Source of the DNA: Octopus vulgaris | Lineage: Eukaryota | Assembly (NCBI GenBank): GCA_951406725.2 | Contig: OX597832.1 | Coordinates: 67,704,001 to 67,768,000, forward strand | Direction of reading: 5' to 3' | Length of the DNA stretch: 64,000 bases | Part shown: piece after piece, positions 26,010-40,334 of the stretch | How positions within the stretch are numbered: position 1 is the stretch's first letter | Layout of the letters: each line of letters starts with the position of its first letter | The notes under the pieces: generated by a model | The model's database searches: none | What the model was told of the DNA's origin: nothing | What the model saw: the letters and a program-made list of their open reading frames with translations, nothing else | Made by a program: the position numbers and the translations under genes

Positions 26010-26013
<4 letters not shown>
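24720..26013 (+). mobile_element. 5'-truncated Penelope-like element: GIY-YIG ORF (to 25261) plus 3' pseudo-LTR
   Basis: CGRPNCGIC..FTCASENLIYSLTCSGCQEQYIGQT..LRKRMALH..ENLFI..PLLN; ends in a hammerhead-like motif and (TA)n. Confidence 0.85.
25916..25962 (+). ncRNA. Minimal type I hammerhead, U3-A8 core variant
   Basis: CAG UUGAAAA GGUC-ucaaaau-GACC GAAA CCGGU A CUG, with palindromic ACCGGU stem III. Confidence 0.65.
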
Positions 26014-26072
<59 letters not shown>

Positions 26073-26153
26073 TATATACATATATTGCATATATGTGTTT
26101 GTGTGTGTCTGTCTGGGCGTTTGACTGTGTGTATCTGTACCTCTCTCTATATT

Positions 26154-26198
<45 letters not shown>

Positions 26199-26439
26199 CA
26201 CTGTAGTATTATACTACTAGTAAAAAATAAACATGAAAAGAAACACCGTTAACCATTTTGTCCGATTCACTGCCAGCTCACCACTTTCCTAATAATAGTA
26301 ATAGAATGATGTTTTTTTCGGCACTTCAGCAATAGCAGTGTTGTTTTACTTAGAGGCAGCATATCAGCGCATGATTTGCAACAAATTTTGACTTGAGATT
26401 CTAGCCGGATAAAACGCATGCCTTTTCACTGTCTAGATG

Positions 26440-26473
26440 GATGATGATGTTTGATGATGATGATGATGAGTAT

Positions 26474-26557
<84 letters not shown>

Positions 26558-26636
26558 AAAGCAGATGTAGCTGTAGCAGCAGCGGCAGTAGCAAAAGTAG
26601 CAATTGTAACAACAGTAAGAGGAGGAGGGGAGAGGG

Positions 26637-26677
<41 letters not shown>

Positions 26678-26713
26678 AGGAGGAGGAGGAGGAGAAGGAG
26701 GAGGAGGAGGAGG
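26440..26713. repeat. Compound (GAT)n/(TAG)n/(GAG)n trinucleotide microsatellite
   Basis: Direct reading. Confidence 0.95.
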
Positions 26714-28567
26714 ACCGTCAAAATTAACAACACCATCATCACGATGTACTATTCAGAAAATTCAATCTTCAATTTTGGCCAAAACTGGTTGTCACTTAGT
26801 GATGTCATTAAAAGTACTAACACTGAACGATTGTAAAAGAACGGGTGAAAAGATGGCTGCATGAATTCGCAGAAGACTTGGTAAGAGTGCTGAGAACAAA
26901 TAAAACCTAGGATATATATTATTAAAATCTATCACGTGATAACAAAAATGACATCTCAGAGAAAATGAAATCTACGGATGACTAAGCTGTAACATTTTAT
27001 TTCCAGAAAGATCATTCTATTATTGACACACACAGGAAAAGAATTGAGCGTCTGAATTTAGAAAGACGGCCATGGAACAAATTATGTATGGCAAACGTAT
27101 TATGCGATTTGTGCAAGGAAGAACACATTAAAGAAATTGTGAAAATGTCTGCTATTTGGTGCTTGCATATAAAAATGTGTTATCAGTTTACATGCTCGAT
27201 ATACAAGGTCTTCTCTTTGGTATCTGGATGAAAAATATATGAAAAGTTGTGTGCATTTGCATGATATACAATGAAGAACAGTCGAAAGTAAATGGTATCT
27301 GGATTGAGAGATTCTGGCATAAAATACTTTTCTTGCAATCTTTTGCAATATATTGATGGTCACTGAGAAAAGGGCATTGTGATATAAAACTTAGATTTTA
27401 CCACATCGGTGAATGAAGAAATGACAAATATTGAAATAATAGACTTGTTCTCTGAGGCATATACATCTCTAACGCTGAATCGCGAAACACGGTGTACAGT
27501 ATTAAGCTATGTGGGATACATTTATTGTATGACTGGAATAAAAGACATTAATTGCATCAAATCTTTTGCTCTACGTGCTGTATGATTTGTTTCAGTAGTT
27601 AATTTGCTCTCCTTTAACAGAATTAAGGGCTTGTACACGAACTAGTATTCAACACAAAGCCTTGATTCTGTCCGAATGGAACCAAACATGTATGAGGTGC
27701 TCAATAAGACTGTAATAGGGGATTGTTGTATTTCATTAATTCGCGGGAAATCTTGCTACAAGATGATCTTCTGTTCTTGAGAGAAAATCTTTTATTTTTC
27801 TATCTATTCTAGGGGTTGTTACTCTTCTCCTACCACAGTTGCCAACCCATTTTGCAATCAAATCCTCGCTCTTTTCCGTTTTCTTTTTTCTTAATTACAC
27901 TAATTGTCTGAGTCCAAACATTCATTTTCTTTGCTATCCCTCAAATACACTTCTATTTGTCTATTTTGATAGGGACTAAGCTCTCTTTGTTTACCCATCT
28001 CAGCCTGGAATTGAAATAACACGAATTGTTACACATTAAGTGCAACGAAATACATGAATTTGTAACTAATACAACACAGAGTAACTGAAAAGTCATTAGA
28101 ACAAAATCAAGCACCTTATACCAACCACTACTCAAGTAAAACTGAAAGAAAATTCATTGTTGTCACACAACAGAAGTTCATCACTGCGGGATGTCACTAG
28201 AAGAAAGTTAGATTCAAGCAATCCGTACTGAATAATTTAAAAAAAACAACTTTCAAGGACAATAGTGGTTTATTGAGATGTAAGGTTGTGGGATTTTTAC
28301 GTATCGAATTACGGTCTTTTTATATTTCACGGACGGCGACCACGGTTGACGAGTGTGCGAATAAGAATTCCAGAGTTACAGAATGGAAAGATACTTACCA
28401 CTTCCGAGCGGAACGTCGGGAGTGGTAAATATCCAAACGAGGTGTATACATAGGGCTACTCTTCAGGCCAAGTATATCTTGATTAAAACATATGTAGCCC
28501 GGATCTTAACTACTCTATTTCATAAATCTTGTATGCATACATAGATAGATAGATAAAAATATAGATA

Positions 28568-28686
<119 letters not shown>

Positions 28687-29080
28687 TTAGATAGATAGAT
28701 AGACAGACAGACACAAAGACAGCCATACAGGCACACAGACAGACAGATAGATAACCTCTTACTTATCGGGAGCTTTAGCAACAGAGAGGTTATTTAACAC
28801 ATATCGACATACATATAGATACCTACATTCAACAATAAACAGATAGAATGAAAGACAAGATGACTGGCAAAGAGCTAGCCAGAGTGATAAACAAGTAATT
28901 AAATAGAATTATCACTGAATACCATAACACAATTACCCGTTAACTTGGTAGATTTGTTGTTACCGTTCTGTTATTCCATATTAATTTGTACATAAAAACA
29001 TAGGGCAGTTGATTCCCCCATTGATAATTAAAATTATGTAACTTTTTAAATGATTAATATTTGCCTGTTGTTATTAGTAT

Positions 29081-29164
29081 TAGTACATAAGCGATAGTAC
29101 ATAAGCGATAGTACATAAGCGATAGTACATAAGCGATAGTACATAAGCGATAGTACATAAGCGA
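29081..29164. repeat. Perfect 14-bp minisatellite (TAGTACATAAGCGA)x6
   Basis: Six identical copies counted directly. Confidence 0.97.
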
Positions 29165-29467
29165 TATATATATAAGATAAATTTATTCATGTATCTTATA
29201 TGTTAATATTTCGAATCGTTCAAGTGGATTTTAGCAACTGAAATATTGTATTAATATAGAAATAGTTATGCTCTACTTGTAATTCTATAACGTTGAAATA
29301 GTGATTAAAAACTATCAAAACCTCATCATTTATTTCTATCAAAATCTGGATTGAAATGGTTCTACATAATGGATTCAAATTATTATTTTTGGTGATCTTC
29401 ACGTTAAGTTTTATTTTAGACACACACTAATATATGCCATTGGTTGTCAAGTGGTGATGGGGCGACA

Positions 29468-29510
<43 letters not shown>

Positions 29511-29697
29511 GCACGCACACACATACACACACACACTTTTTATTTTCTGATGCGACTTAGAACATTTCTATGTAATGATTGACATCACAGCCCGTTGCAT
29601 ATAGGAATTTAATGAGGAACCAAATAACCAGCATTAAAATTTCTGGCAAAATATCTTGCATGCTAACTATCAATATATTTTGTACGTATAAATTCAA

Positions 29698-29736
<39 letters not shown>

Positions 29737-29761
29737 CCTACATACATACATACATGTCTAA

Positions 29762-29801
<40 letters not shown>

Positions 29802-29930
29802 GTGTACAGAAAACACGAAAAACACTTGTTTTATATAAATGTTCCACCTTTTTGTTCAGGCACAAAATTGTATTTCACAAGTTCTAGAGAGGAGCAAAAG
29901 CGCTAATAATAATGAAGAAATAAAAGGTTG

Positions 29931-30104
29931 AACAACCGATGATGGTGTGTTTACGTCCCCGTAACTTAGCGGTTTGTCAAAAGCGACCGATAGAATAAGT
30001 ACTAGTCTTCCAAAGAATAAGTCCTGGTGTCGATTTGCTTGACTAAAGGCGGTGCTCCAGCATGGCCGCAGTCAAATGACTGATACAAGTAAAAGAGTAA
30101 AAAG
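29931..30104 (+). mobile_element. 3' half of tRNA-derived SINE
   Basis: ggtgtgtttacgtccccgtaacttagcgg...cagcatggccgcagtcaaatgactga..aagtaaaagag. Confidence 0.85.
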
Positions 30105-30116
30105 TATATATATATA

Positions 30117-31739
30117 CAGTTGCGGCGAAAATGTTCAGAACGGCATTGTTTTCGTCAGAAAAGTAAGTATAAGTTTTTATCAAAGTAGTTTTATATTCTA
30201 TAATATTTACAGACAATAAATACCATTTTAATTGTTATTGTCTGAGATTGTGATGTAATTTGAGAGGATAATACAAAAGTTATGGATGATTTAGTGATTT
30301 ACTGCAAACCCATGGCGGCCAAAATGATGAGAACGGTTGAAAAAATAACAAAATAATCAAAAATGACAGAAAATACTAGAATTATTCAATATTTAGTGTG
30401 AAGCCCTTTAGCTTCAATCACACTCTGACATCTTTGACTGCATGAGGAAATTAAATTTTCAATTTCTTGCTGGGTGATCTTATTCCATTCTTCCTGAGGG
30501 GCATTCCTTAATTGCTCAGTTGTTTTAGGATTTCTGGCTTTCGAACGTTCTCCTAGAATATTCCATACATTTTCAATAGGATTGAGATCTGGGCTTTGAG
30601 CAGGCCAATCCATATCAATAACCTTTTCAGCCTTAAGGAAGTTCATGACCACCTTAGCCTTGTGACATGGGGCATTGTCCTGCATGGATATGGGTGGTCG
30701 CTTAGTTGAAATTCTCAGCACAGGCAAGACATGATATTTTACAAGTTGTTTATAAACTCCTGCATTTACCTTTCCATGTAATCGCACCAAAGGGCCCACA
30801 TCATCTCCAGATATCATCCCCCAACCATGACACTTCCTGCACTGAATTTAACACTAGTCTTAAGGCATTTAGGCGGCAATTTTTCACCTACTTTTCTACG
30901 AACGTGCCTTTTCCCATCTGAGCCAAATAACATAAACTTAGATTCATCACTGAAATGCACCAGTTGCCATTTTTCTTGAGACCACAACACATGTTCGGTT
31001 GCAAAGGTAAGACGACACTTTTTATTCTTGGAGCTGATCTATGGCTTCACTGCAGGTGCTCTTGCTTGTAGGTCATGTTCAACTAAACGACGAGACAGTT
31101 TTTCGAGATAAAGTTTTCTTCAATACAATGCTCATTTTCCGAGAAACAGCAGCAGCAGTTTTAAATCTGTCCTTTTTAACCAACTTTACCATAGCACGAT
31201 CTTCTCTCTTGGTCGTTTTTCGTGGCCTACCTGTAAACCTTGTTGCTTCATACGAATCACAATCATCATAGACCTTAAGAATACCGTGTACAACACTTTT
31301 TGACTTGTTAACAATATTTGCAATAGATCCAATACTTAAATTATCCTTCCTTCGAAGCTTAATAATCTTCTGACGAATTGGTAACGGAGTAAGTGGCATT
31401 ATATTAACAAAGTACACTGCAAATATTCTTACTCATGTTTAGTAAACGAACTGTCACGTAAACAAATTCAAAACATTAGAGTTCGCCGGTTGAATATACT
31501 AAAACACGGTGTAAAAGCAACCGTTCTGATCATTTTGGCCGCCATGGGTTTTGCAGTAAATCACTAAATCATCCATATCTTTTGTATTATCCTCTCAAAT
31601 TACACCAGAATCTCAGGCAATAACAAATAATATCGTATTTATTGTCTGTGAAAATTATAGAATATAAAACAACTTTGATAAAAAAAATGATATCTTTTTT
31701 TCTGACGAAAACAATGCCGTTCTGAACATTTGGCTGCCA

Positions 31740-31742
<3 letters not shown>
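30117..31742 (-). mobile_element. Full-length Tc1-family DNA transposon, IR/DR type, ~220-bp TIRs, TA target
   Basis: TA|CAGT...ACTG|TA ends; TIRs ~30117-30338 and ~31518-31742, each with two copies of gcggc(c/g)aaaatg..agaacgg. Confidence 0.95.
30386..31399 (-). pseudogene. Tc1 DD34E transposase, frameshifted
   Basis: Paired-like HTH and GRPRKTT linker, FSDESKF, QDNAPCH, WPAQSPDLNPIENVW; split across frames. Confidence 0.93.
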
Positions 31743-31802
<60 letters not shown>

Positions 31803-31859
31803 CATATATAAATTATATATATATAAAGATATATATATATATACATATATATATATTTT

Positions 31860-31900
<41 letters not shown>

Positions 31901-31949
31901 AAGATATATATACATATATATATAATTTATATATATATATATATATATA

Positions 31950-32041
31950 AAATTTTAAAATTGTGTACATTTAAACACAAAAGAAATTACCTGTTAGAGG
32001 GTAATTTCTTTTGTGTTTAATTGTACACTATTTTAAAATTT
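31950..32041. repeat. 42-bp hairpin inverted repeat
   Basis: aaattttaaaa.tgtgtaca.ttaaacacaaaagaaattacc and its reverse complement, 8-nt spacer. Confidence 0.9.
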
Positions 32042-32978
32042 GAATAAGTTGTCTATTGACTACTTATACATGCTAGGCCACTGGTAGTGATATTTATAAC
32101 GAATATTCGCTACCCTACATTTGTATATATATATAGACCTGCTTACAAGAATTTAGATATGTGAAAGGATTTGCAAATGTATATATAAGAATGTGCTTAT
32201 ATATGTGTATGTGTCTTTTTTATTCAAAAGTTTTAAGACGACAAATGCTTAATATTCTATGCAATTATATTTAGACAAGTGACCTGTTTCTGCCTCGTAG
32301 AATCACGAAACTTCTCCCGTTGAATTATCTGCCATTCACCAGTTGTCACCACTATCCAGGAATCTTCATGAAGTATCTAAGCGAATCCATTATTAAATAA
32401 TAGTTTCGGTTGATTTTTTTTCTCTCATTTACGTGTTTCGCACACATTATACTTTCTTATTACGTATTAATCTATTTGTGTTGACTCTGGCTCTTTGAAA
32501 CCGGAGAGTATAATGCATAACTGTGTGCAGGTATCCATTTCACGTCATAAATGCTCACTTTCGAGATAACATTTTAAATATGATATCAAAAGAAAAAAAA
32601 ATCCATAATAACAAATGTAATATTTTTCAAAGTAATAATGGATCTGTCTTAAATCTCTCTATGATGTAGGTGTTCATATTTATCAAAAGGATAAGCTTAC
32701 CCTTCCTGATCATCGCGGATTAACGTGCATTAAGATAAAGCAATAACCTTGCAAAGCTCCAAACCCTCAGTAGCCTATGAAGTGACTAGCCCGAGATCAT
32801 TTCATCCAGTGAGAAGTAGTTTGGTAGGGTAGATTTTATAGTATACGAAACAATTATAAATTCAAAGACTAGCAAATATGGAATTTAACAGAAGGTAATG
32901 AAGGAAGAAAATTTTGCGAAGTAAAATTGCAGTTGCCATAATCCAGAATACTGCGGAACTAATCAATTAATGAGTGGG

Positions 32979-32981
<3 letters not shown>

Positions 32982-33056
<75 letters not shown>
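32982..33056. repeat. (TC)n microsatellite
   Basis: Direct reading. Confidence 0.97.
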
Positions 33057-33058
<2 letters not shown>

Positions 33059-33736
33059 AGTCAGACACTAGCTTCGTCCTCACTGCCCTTAATTAACAAG
33101 TGGTTCCTCTTAAATTCTAATGATTTTCCAGTTGCATATATTTAAACGGAGCAATTTTAGCAATGCTTTGTCCATGTCTTTTCGTTATTCATCTCAACAT
33201 ATATGTGCCTATAATTATACGTTCATCAATGCGCAAGATTTTGTGCCCATCTGTGTCTACCGCCATTACATTTATGCGTCTTTATAATTAGATGTATGTA
33301 TATATATCGCCAAAAAGAACGTTTAATGACCCATTTTTAATGACGTAGCTTGCAACTTTACTTCCATTTTATGTTTACAATTATTAAGAAGTGAATGTTG
33401 CCAAATATTGAGTTGCATTAAATCATGCTTTTGGAGGGTCGATGAAATAAGTACCTGTTATATACTGAGATCAATGCAATCGACTTATCTCCTCCCTCAA
33501 ACTTGCTGGACTTTCGCCAAAATTTGAAAATAAATATTGCGCTGCATCATATGACAACCTTTCTTATTGTCCAAATTTTACAGAAACAGACTACGGATTT
33601 CTTGTCTCATTGTTTACATTCAGATTATTGAATTTACACGCACACATACACTCATACACACACACGCACCCACATATATATATTTAAGGTATGGATCAAT
33701 GCAACACAGACAACTGTGTTTGTGCGTGTATATATG

Positions 33737-33788
<52 letters not shown>

Positions 33789-33792
<4 letters not shown>

Positions 33793-33992
33793 ATCCAAAC
33801 ATGAACAAAGAGAAAGCACAACAACGTGAGGACGTGAAACAAGTATAGTGTCATTGGACGCTCAGGAAAGGAAAGAAAGAAGGAGGATTTAACGTTTCGA
33901 GCGGAGCTTTTGTGAGGAACATAGAAAAAAGAAAGGTTCATGGAAGGGAAGACGGAGAAAGAAAATCGCCAACGATACACACGCGGTCACAA
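33789..33992 (-). mobile_element. Short PLE pseudo-LTR-derived fragment with decayed hammerhead
   Basis: Minus strand ..agctccgctcGAAAcgttaaa resembles the motif at 35826-35860; flanked by (TA)n. Confidence 0.5.
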
Positions 33993-34978
33993 TATATATA
34001 TATATACGTTTATCTTCAAGGGACCTCACATTGTTTTAATGATAAACCTTGTCTGGGTAAAATTACATCTGCGTTTGGAAATGTGCAAAATTAAGTCTGT
34101 AACACGATTGTGATTAAAATTCAACTGATGCTCCTAGTTATAATTTTCGTTTTGTCAATTACACTTTTTGTAAATAGTGCGTGGGCACAGTTGTTTCTTA
34201 TAACTTACAATACATACGTTCTAGGAAGTCTGTCTCTAACTTAGCTTAAAGACTATGCCTCAAGGGTGAGTTTCTTGTTTACTAACTGAATAACGAAATG
34301 ATGCAACATTTTGCAATTCTCAGCTGCATTAGCATCAGGAATGTCAGGTGAATAACCTTTTTCATCATTAGTTTCAAACCATGAAATGGTTTTCTGCGAA
34401 AGCTGCTTGAGTGTCTCTTAGAATTGATATTTCAAATAAACATTTCTTGATGTCTCAGACAAAATATTTTAGATATTAGAAGCATTTCCCTCACACACAT
34501 GAAGCACACACATACAGACACACACTGAAAAAAACATCATCACATACACGCGTACATATTCACACAAACAGACATACATATGTGAGTGTATGCATATATA
34601 TGTGTGTGCATAATATTTTTCAACAAACCACAAAGTCTTTGTAAGTTACGGAGAGAAGGCTACAATGGAAAAATCATAGCATAATAATAATTGTATGTCA
34701 TAATAATATATATTCTCCGATTTGAAGTAACAATTTTCTAAATACAAATGAGCAAATATATTTTTGAATACAAATGAACAAAAAATTATGAGCTACCCTA
34801 GCAAGAATCGAACCCACAAATCAACGCTTAAACGGCTCCTTGCGCATTGGGCAACGTAAGCGTTGCTTTTTGGGTCCGATTCTGGCTAGGGTTAGCTCAA
34901 CATTTTCCAGTCATTTACTTGTATTTAAATATTGCCTTATTCATCTCTAGACAGGCCTTGTGCCAAAATTTGAAACCA

Positions 34979-35032
<54 letters not shown>

Positions 35033-35233
35033 ATATTTGTATGTGCGTGTGTGCGTGTGTGTGTATGTGTGTACCGATATACCAGCACCTTGCGATAATA
35101 ATATAATAACATAATAACAATCAACTTCTTTCATTGAAATTCAAAACGGCTGAAGACTGAAATCACGCCTGATTCTTGGAGTAGCAACGAATTTGAATCA
35201 AACATTTTACATCTGTATGTATCTGTCTATCTA

Positions 35234-35264
<31 letters not shown>

Positions 35265-35267
<3 letters not shown>

Positions 35268-35948
35268 ATAGGTTAGCGAATACTACTCTCGTTCTCTCCT
35301 CTCTTCACTCTTACCCACCTTCTACTTTCCCCTTTCATCGTCACCCCTCCTTCGTAACCCCACTTCAACCCTACACAATCCAATCACACATTCCCTATCC
35401 ATCCCATTCCACCCCAACCCATCCCTTAAACAAACTTCTACATACACCATCTCTACCTCCACCCTCAACCTAAACCACACCCAACAATTGCTTTCCCCAC
35501 TCGCGAATCCCCACCTCCCAACACCATCACACCACACCACTCACACTACACCATATAACACTATACCACACAACATCACATCACATCACCACGCACACAT
35601 TAGCACTATCCACTTTCCAGCCCCACATCCACAAACATACACATAGACAGATGCACACTTCAAGGTCAGCAGCCCTCTTCCACACACACATACATACTCT
35701 CTTATACATACGCACGCGCACCTTTCTTTTGGGACCATCAGTACTTTATTATCTCCCCTTTTCCCTAACTCTCCTGCGTGACACTTATGTCCGGCATTCG
35801 CCATGATCGCTTCTTTCTGTGTTCTTTTCTGTGGAAGAGCGTAGGCTCGAAACGTTAAAGACTTTTTCACTTCCCGAGCGCTGAAATAACATATTTGTTT
35901 GTTGTCTACTCTACCTGTCTTCGTCTTTTCTTTTTGTGAATTCTCCCT
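35265..35948 (+). mobile_element. PLE 3' region/pseudo-LTR with degenerate minimal hammerhead at 35826-35860
   Basis: C/A-rich 3'UTR-like sequence (cf. 25.6-25.9 kb), then UUU CUGUGGA A GAGC-guag-GCUC GAAA CG UU AAA; bounded by (TA)n. Confidence 0.55.
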
Positions 35949-35986
35949 ATATATATATATGTACGCACACATAAAATATAGATATA

Positions 35987-36026
35987 GGAGTGGCTACGGG
36001 TTCAATCCCATTGCGTGGCACCAGTC

Positions 36027-36084
<58 letters not shown>

Positions 36085-36092
36085 GTCGTATA

Positions 36093-36146
<54 letters not shown>

Positions 36147-36455
36147 GACTGGCTTCTTTTGTTTTCCATCTATCAAATCAACTCACAAGGCTCTGGTCGG
36201 CCCGAAGCTATAGTAGAAGACAGTCGCCACACATGTACTTATGTGTGTGTGTATGTATGTGTGTGTGTGTGTGTGTGTGTGTGCATGCATGTAGGTGTGT
36301 TTTGTCCCCCACCATCTGTTGATAACCGACTTTGGTGGGTTTACATCAAAAAGCGGTTCGGCGAAGAGAATGATAGAATAAATTAGAGGCTTACAAATAA
36401 TAAGCTCTAGAGTCGACTTTTTCGACTAAACGCGATGCTACAGTATGACCGCAAT
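35987..36455 (+). mobile_element. tRNA-derived SINE with internally inverted segment
   Basis: Head (ggttcaatcccattgcgtggcacc) and tail are on +, but the middle (36144-36221) is in reverse orientation. Confidence 0.7.
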
Positions 36456-36783
36456 TGAATGCATACATATTTTATATATATATAATATATAATATATGTC
36501 TGAATTTCTGATTTTCGAACGACGGTTCTCGAAGCAGACATAAAGCAATAATCAGTAGGAAGTAAATGTTAAACAAAAAAAACTTCATAAAAACCTGCAA
36601 CACTGCCCTCTTTCTATCCAAAGATGGTTCTCACGTTTATATTTACATGCCACTATTTATAGCTTTATGCTTCGAGTTATACCCTTTGAAACAGAAATGT
36701 TTTTTCTCATTTCCCAAAGATTTATAAATTCTGATGATGTCAATCTATCAATATATCCATCCATCTATCTATCTATAATATAT

Positions 36784-36859
<76 letters not shown>

Positions 36860-37097
36860 TATATACATATATATATATATAAATAAATATATATATACAC
36901 ATATATATATATACATATATATTCTTATATATATATATTTATATGTGTGTGTGTTTTATTCTTTTATATACACATATATATGTTTATAGCTATATGTATA
37001 TATATATATATATAATTAATTATTATTTATGGTTGAAACCCTTGGATTAATAGAGTGATCAATATAGTGAACACTCTTATATTTATTTATTATATTA

Positions 37098-37143
<46 letters not shown>

Positions 37144-37324
37144 GCCGTACACACATTCCTATGTGCGTATATGTTACTGTGTGTGTATAAATGGTCCCAA
37201 GTTGCCCTTAATAATGTTGACTTTCGTTGTTACATTTCCAAGAATTGAAATAGCAAGTGGTTGATTTGTGATAGTGTCCATGTGACGTAAATTCAGCAGG
37301 TTCTTATAAATCGATATAGTACTA

Positions 37325-37406
37325 AATGATGCTGATATTGGCAGAAACGTTAGCACACCGGACGAAATGCCTAGCGGTATTTTGTCTGCCGTTACGTTCT
37401 GAGTTC
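37325..37406 (+). mobile_element. 5' part of a second SINE family (further fragments at ~12540-12650, 12940-13065, 33420-33530, 47040-47135, 57790-57940)
   Basis: tggcagaaacgttagcacaccggacgaaatgcctagcggtattttgtctgccgttacgttctgagttc; related fragments recur on both strands. Confidence 0.6.
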
Positions 37407-37487
37407 TATCTATCTTATCTATCTATTTGTCTGTCTGTCTGTCTCTCTGTCTCTCTGTCTCTCTCTGTCTCTCTCTCTCTCTCACTG

Positions 37488-37540
<53 letters not shown>

Positions 37541-37612
37541 GTGGATAGATATATAAGACACGTCGGAATATAACTATAAACATATTTATAGATGTATGTG
37601 CGTGTATAAATT

Positions 37613-37664
<52 letters not shown>

Positions 37665-39854
37665 CGTGCGTGCGCGTATAAAGGAATAAAAGAATAATAC
37701 ACATACATATGTATATGATAATGTATGTGTGTATACACATGTACTTATATAAAAAGGTTACACACACATACACACAGATATATTTTTCCGTGCCTTCGTG
37801 TATGTATATGAAATAGTTATAGTGACGTATTTATGTACACATAGGCTCAAACTTATCCATAGTAATACAGTTACATGCACTCTCAACACACACACGTCCA
37901 CACAATACCTTTCACACTCACATACACAAAATCTTTCACTTTCCCATACATAAACTCGTAAACCTACACCAACAGACAAACACTTCCACAAATACGTGCA
38001 ACCGCTGAAACGATTAAAGCTTTAAAAAAATATAAAGTCTGGCAAGGCTAGTAATTTATCGTAAAACTATTTCCTATAAATATGTCTTTTAGCGCTATAT
38101 CTGATTAGGCTGAATTACCCTTGGTGAAAGTAAATTATGATTGATTGATACAATAATATTGTTTAAAGACTTTTCATGTCTCTCCTAATCGTCTTTTAAT
38201 TTGTGGTCATGATAAATGCTTTTGTTTCTTTCATCTATTCCACTTTCTTATATGTCTGTTTTTGTTTAAATTGTAAATATTGTGTAAAACAAAAAATTCT
38301 ATGTATAGCGCAACTATTTAAATAAATATCTACCCAGGAGTCTAGACTTTCAGATTTCAACGTTTCATGTGTTTCATACACAAAAGTCAGTTTGGGAGCA
38401 CCTTTCAGTTATAGAATTCTGAAGACAACACTTGGTTTTAGTAAAATAAACTTAAATCTTAACTAATTTATGGACATAGGATATTGTGTAAAATATATTT
38501 GAATGTCACTAATGTAATTTACAGTTTTACGACGTGATGTGTTTTCTGTCAAATACATTCGTTTATTTAAAACAGTGGAATATACTATTTGTTTATTTGC
38601 AGTAATGTAAAATGTAAATTTAGTGTAAAACAACGTAATCTCTATGTACAGTACAGTGATTAAAATGGATATTTTGGGAAATATATTCTGTAAGAGCCTC
38701 GTTTCGATCGAAACGTCGTGAGTGAGATTTTGGTGTGGTCGGATCTTTGTCTGTTGGTTTGTCAGAGGGACCAGTCTTATTCTCTTCATGCTCCATAGAG
38801 TTAATCCATTGTATTGTTAAGCAATCCGTTGCACTGTTAAGCAATGTATGGTCCTCTTGTACTTTAGCAGATCCAGCGAATTAACTCAGTATAGAAATAA
38901 ACACGTTTTACAATTTACGATATTGTTTTATGGAATAGATTTGATACTATTCCGTGTGCGTACAATAAATACGTAGCACTCCATGTACTTTCAAGCGCTA
39001 ATCAACTGAAGTGAGGAAGCTGTTTCAATTTTCAAACATAACTTTTTCATGATATTACATGTGGTATAATGTTACGTAATATTAAGAGCAAAGGTATTGC
39101 GATTTCCTCGTTGGATCAATTAAACTTTCGTGTCCTAAAACTCAAAATAACGTATCAATAACTAATCTCGAATATTCCGGAGTTGTATTTGCCTTGCAAA
39201 TGGTCTCCTCTGAGAACATGAGTTGAAAGTTAAGTAATTAGATCTTGGAAAGGCTTAGTCAGGCAGCTATAAATACAAAATTAATTTTTAGACTTTATTT
39301 TTAATTTATTTTCTGCGGTATCAAACTTATTACCGTACCCACAACTGGCTCTTCTAAGATAAGAACGATAAAACAAAATCTATTCTTCTTCGTCTTTCCT
39401 GTCACGATTTCAATGGCTTCTAATCCCCGAGTCTCTCCACCTCTCGTCACAAATTTTGCGTGCAACCTACGTTACCCTGTGCAAACAATTTTATATGTAC
39501 TTATGTAATATAATTTTTCTGAATCTTCAGATTTTTCAGTATGCTAGACCACTGGTATTAATCAAATTAATATTCAATTTTACACCCTTATTATTTTTAA
39601 TTTAAATTTAACCATGTTCTCTAACCGGCAAAATTCACTGAAGAGTATTATTTTCTGTAGAATTATTTCCGGTATTTTGGCCCGCCAAAATAAAGACTTT
39701 TGTGATTAATATTTATATTTTGTAATTTTTCATTTGTCTTGCTCGCTTACGTTCTGACGTTTGCTAAATTTCCTGGAGAACAATTCTTTCTTAGTGGTAA
39801 GACCATAGGGGATCTACTTCTAGCATAATGGAGGCCCACTTATTTGTCATCCCT

Positions 39855-39909
<55 letters not shown>

Positions 39910-40299
39910 TTCATTAGACACACATACACACTTTCCAGCTACGCATTTTCAATCAAAACGCGCGCATGCGTACAGTGTGGTCTTCTTCTAAAGCAATATT
40001 ATATGTTAAAACACAAGTTACAAACTAGTTCATCTATAATTCTTATTTGGAGAACAATCATTTGCAAACCGCGGAAGTCATCATAGTAAGGCAATCGCAT
40101 TTTTTCTCCGATGAAACTGGACGATGACTTTTTTTTCTCTTGCTTCCCGTTATTTATATACTGGAGTTATTGCGTTTCATTTATGTGGTGATGGATGTTG
40201 TCGTTGTTTTTATATATTTTCACATGTTATGAATGGTTAAATATTTGCTACAGCAGTTCGGTAGCTTATTCTAGCTTCCTTCTGTTAAATACATCAATA

Positions 40300-40334
<35 letters not shown>

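Noticed and set aside
26401-26836. Poly-T/V/M/R/I/N ORFs (also 16.7-17.1 kb and 61.5-62.0 kb)
   Set aside because: Trinucleotide microsatellite translations.
29081-29164. CRISPR-like array
   Set aside because: No spacers, eukaryotic context and no cas genes.
38620-38844. Possible host exon (MEHEENKTGPSDKP...) with palindrome cgtttcgatcgaaacg
   Set aside because: No recognisable domain, an in-frame stop just upstream and no convincing splice acceptor.
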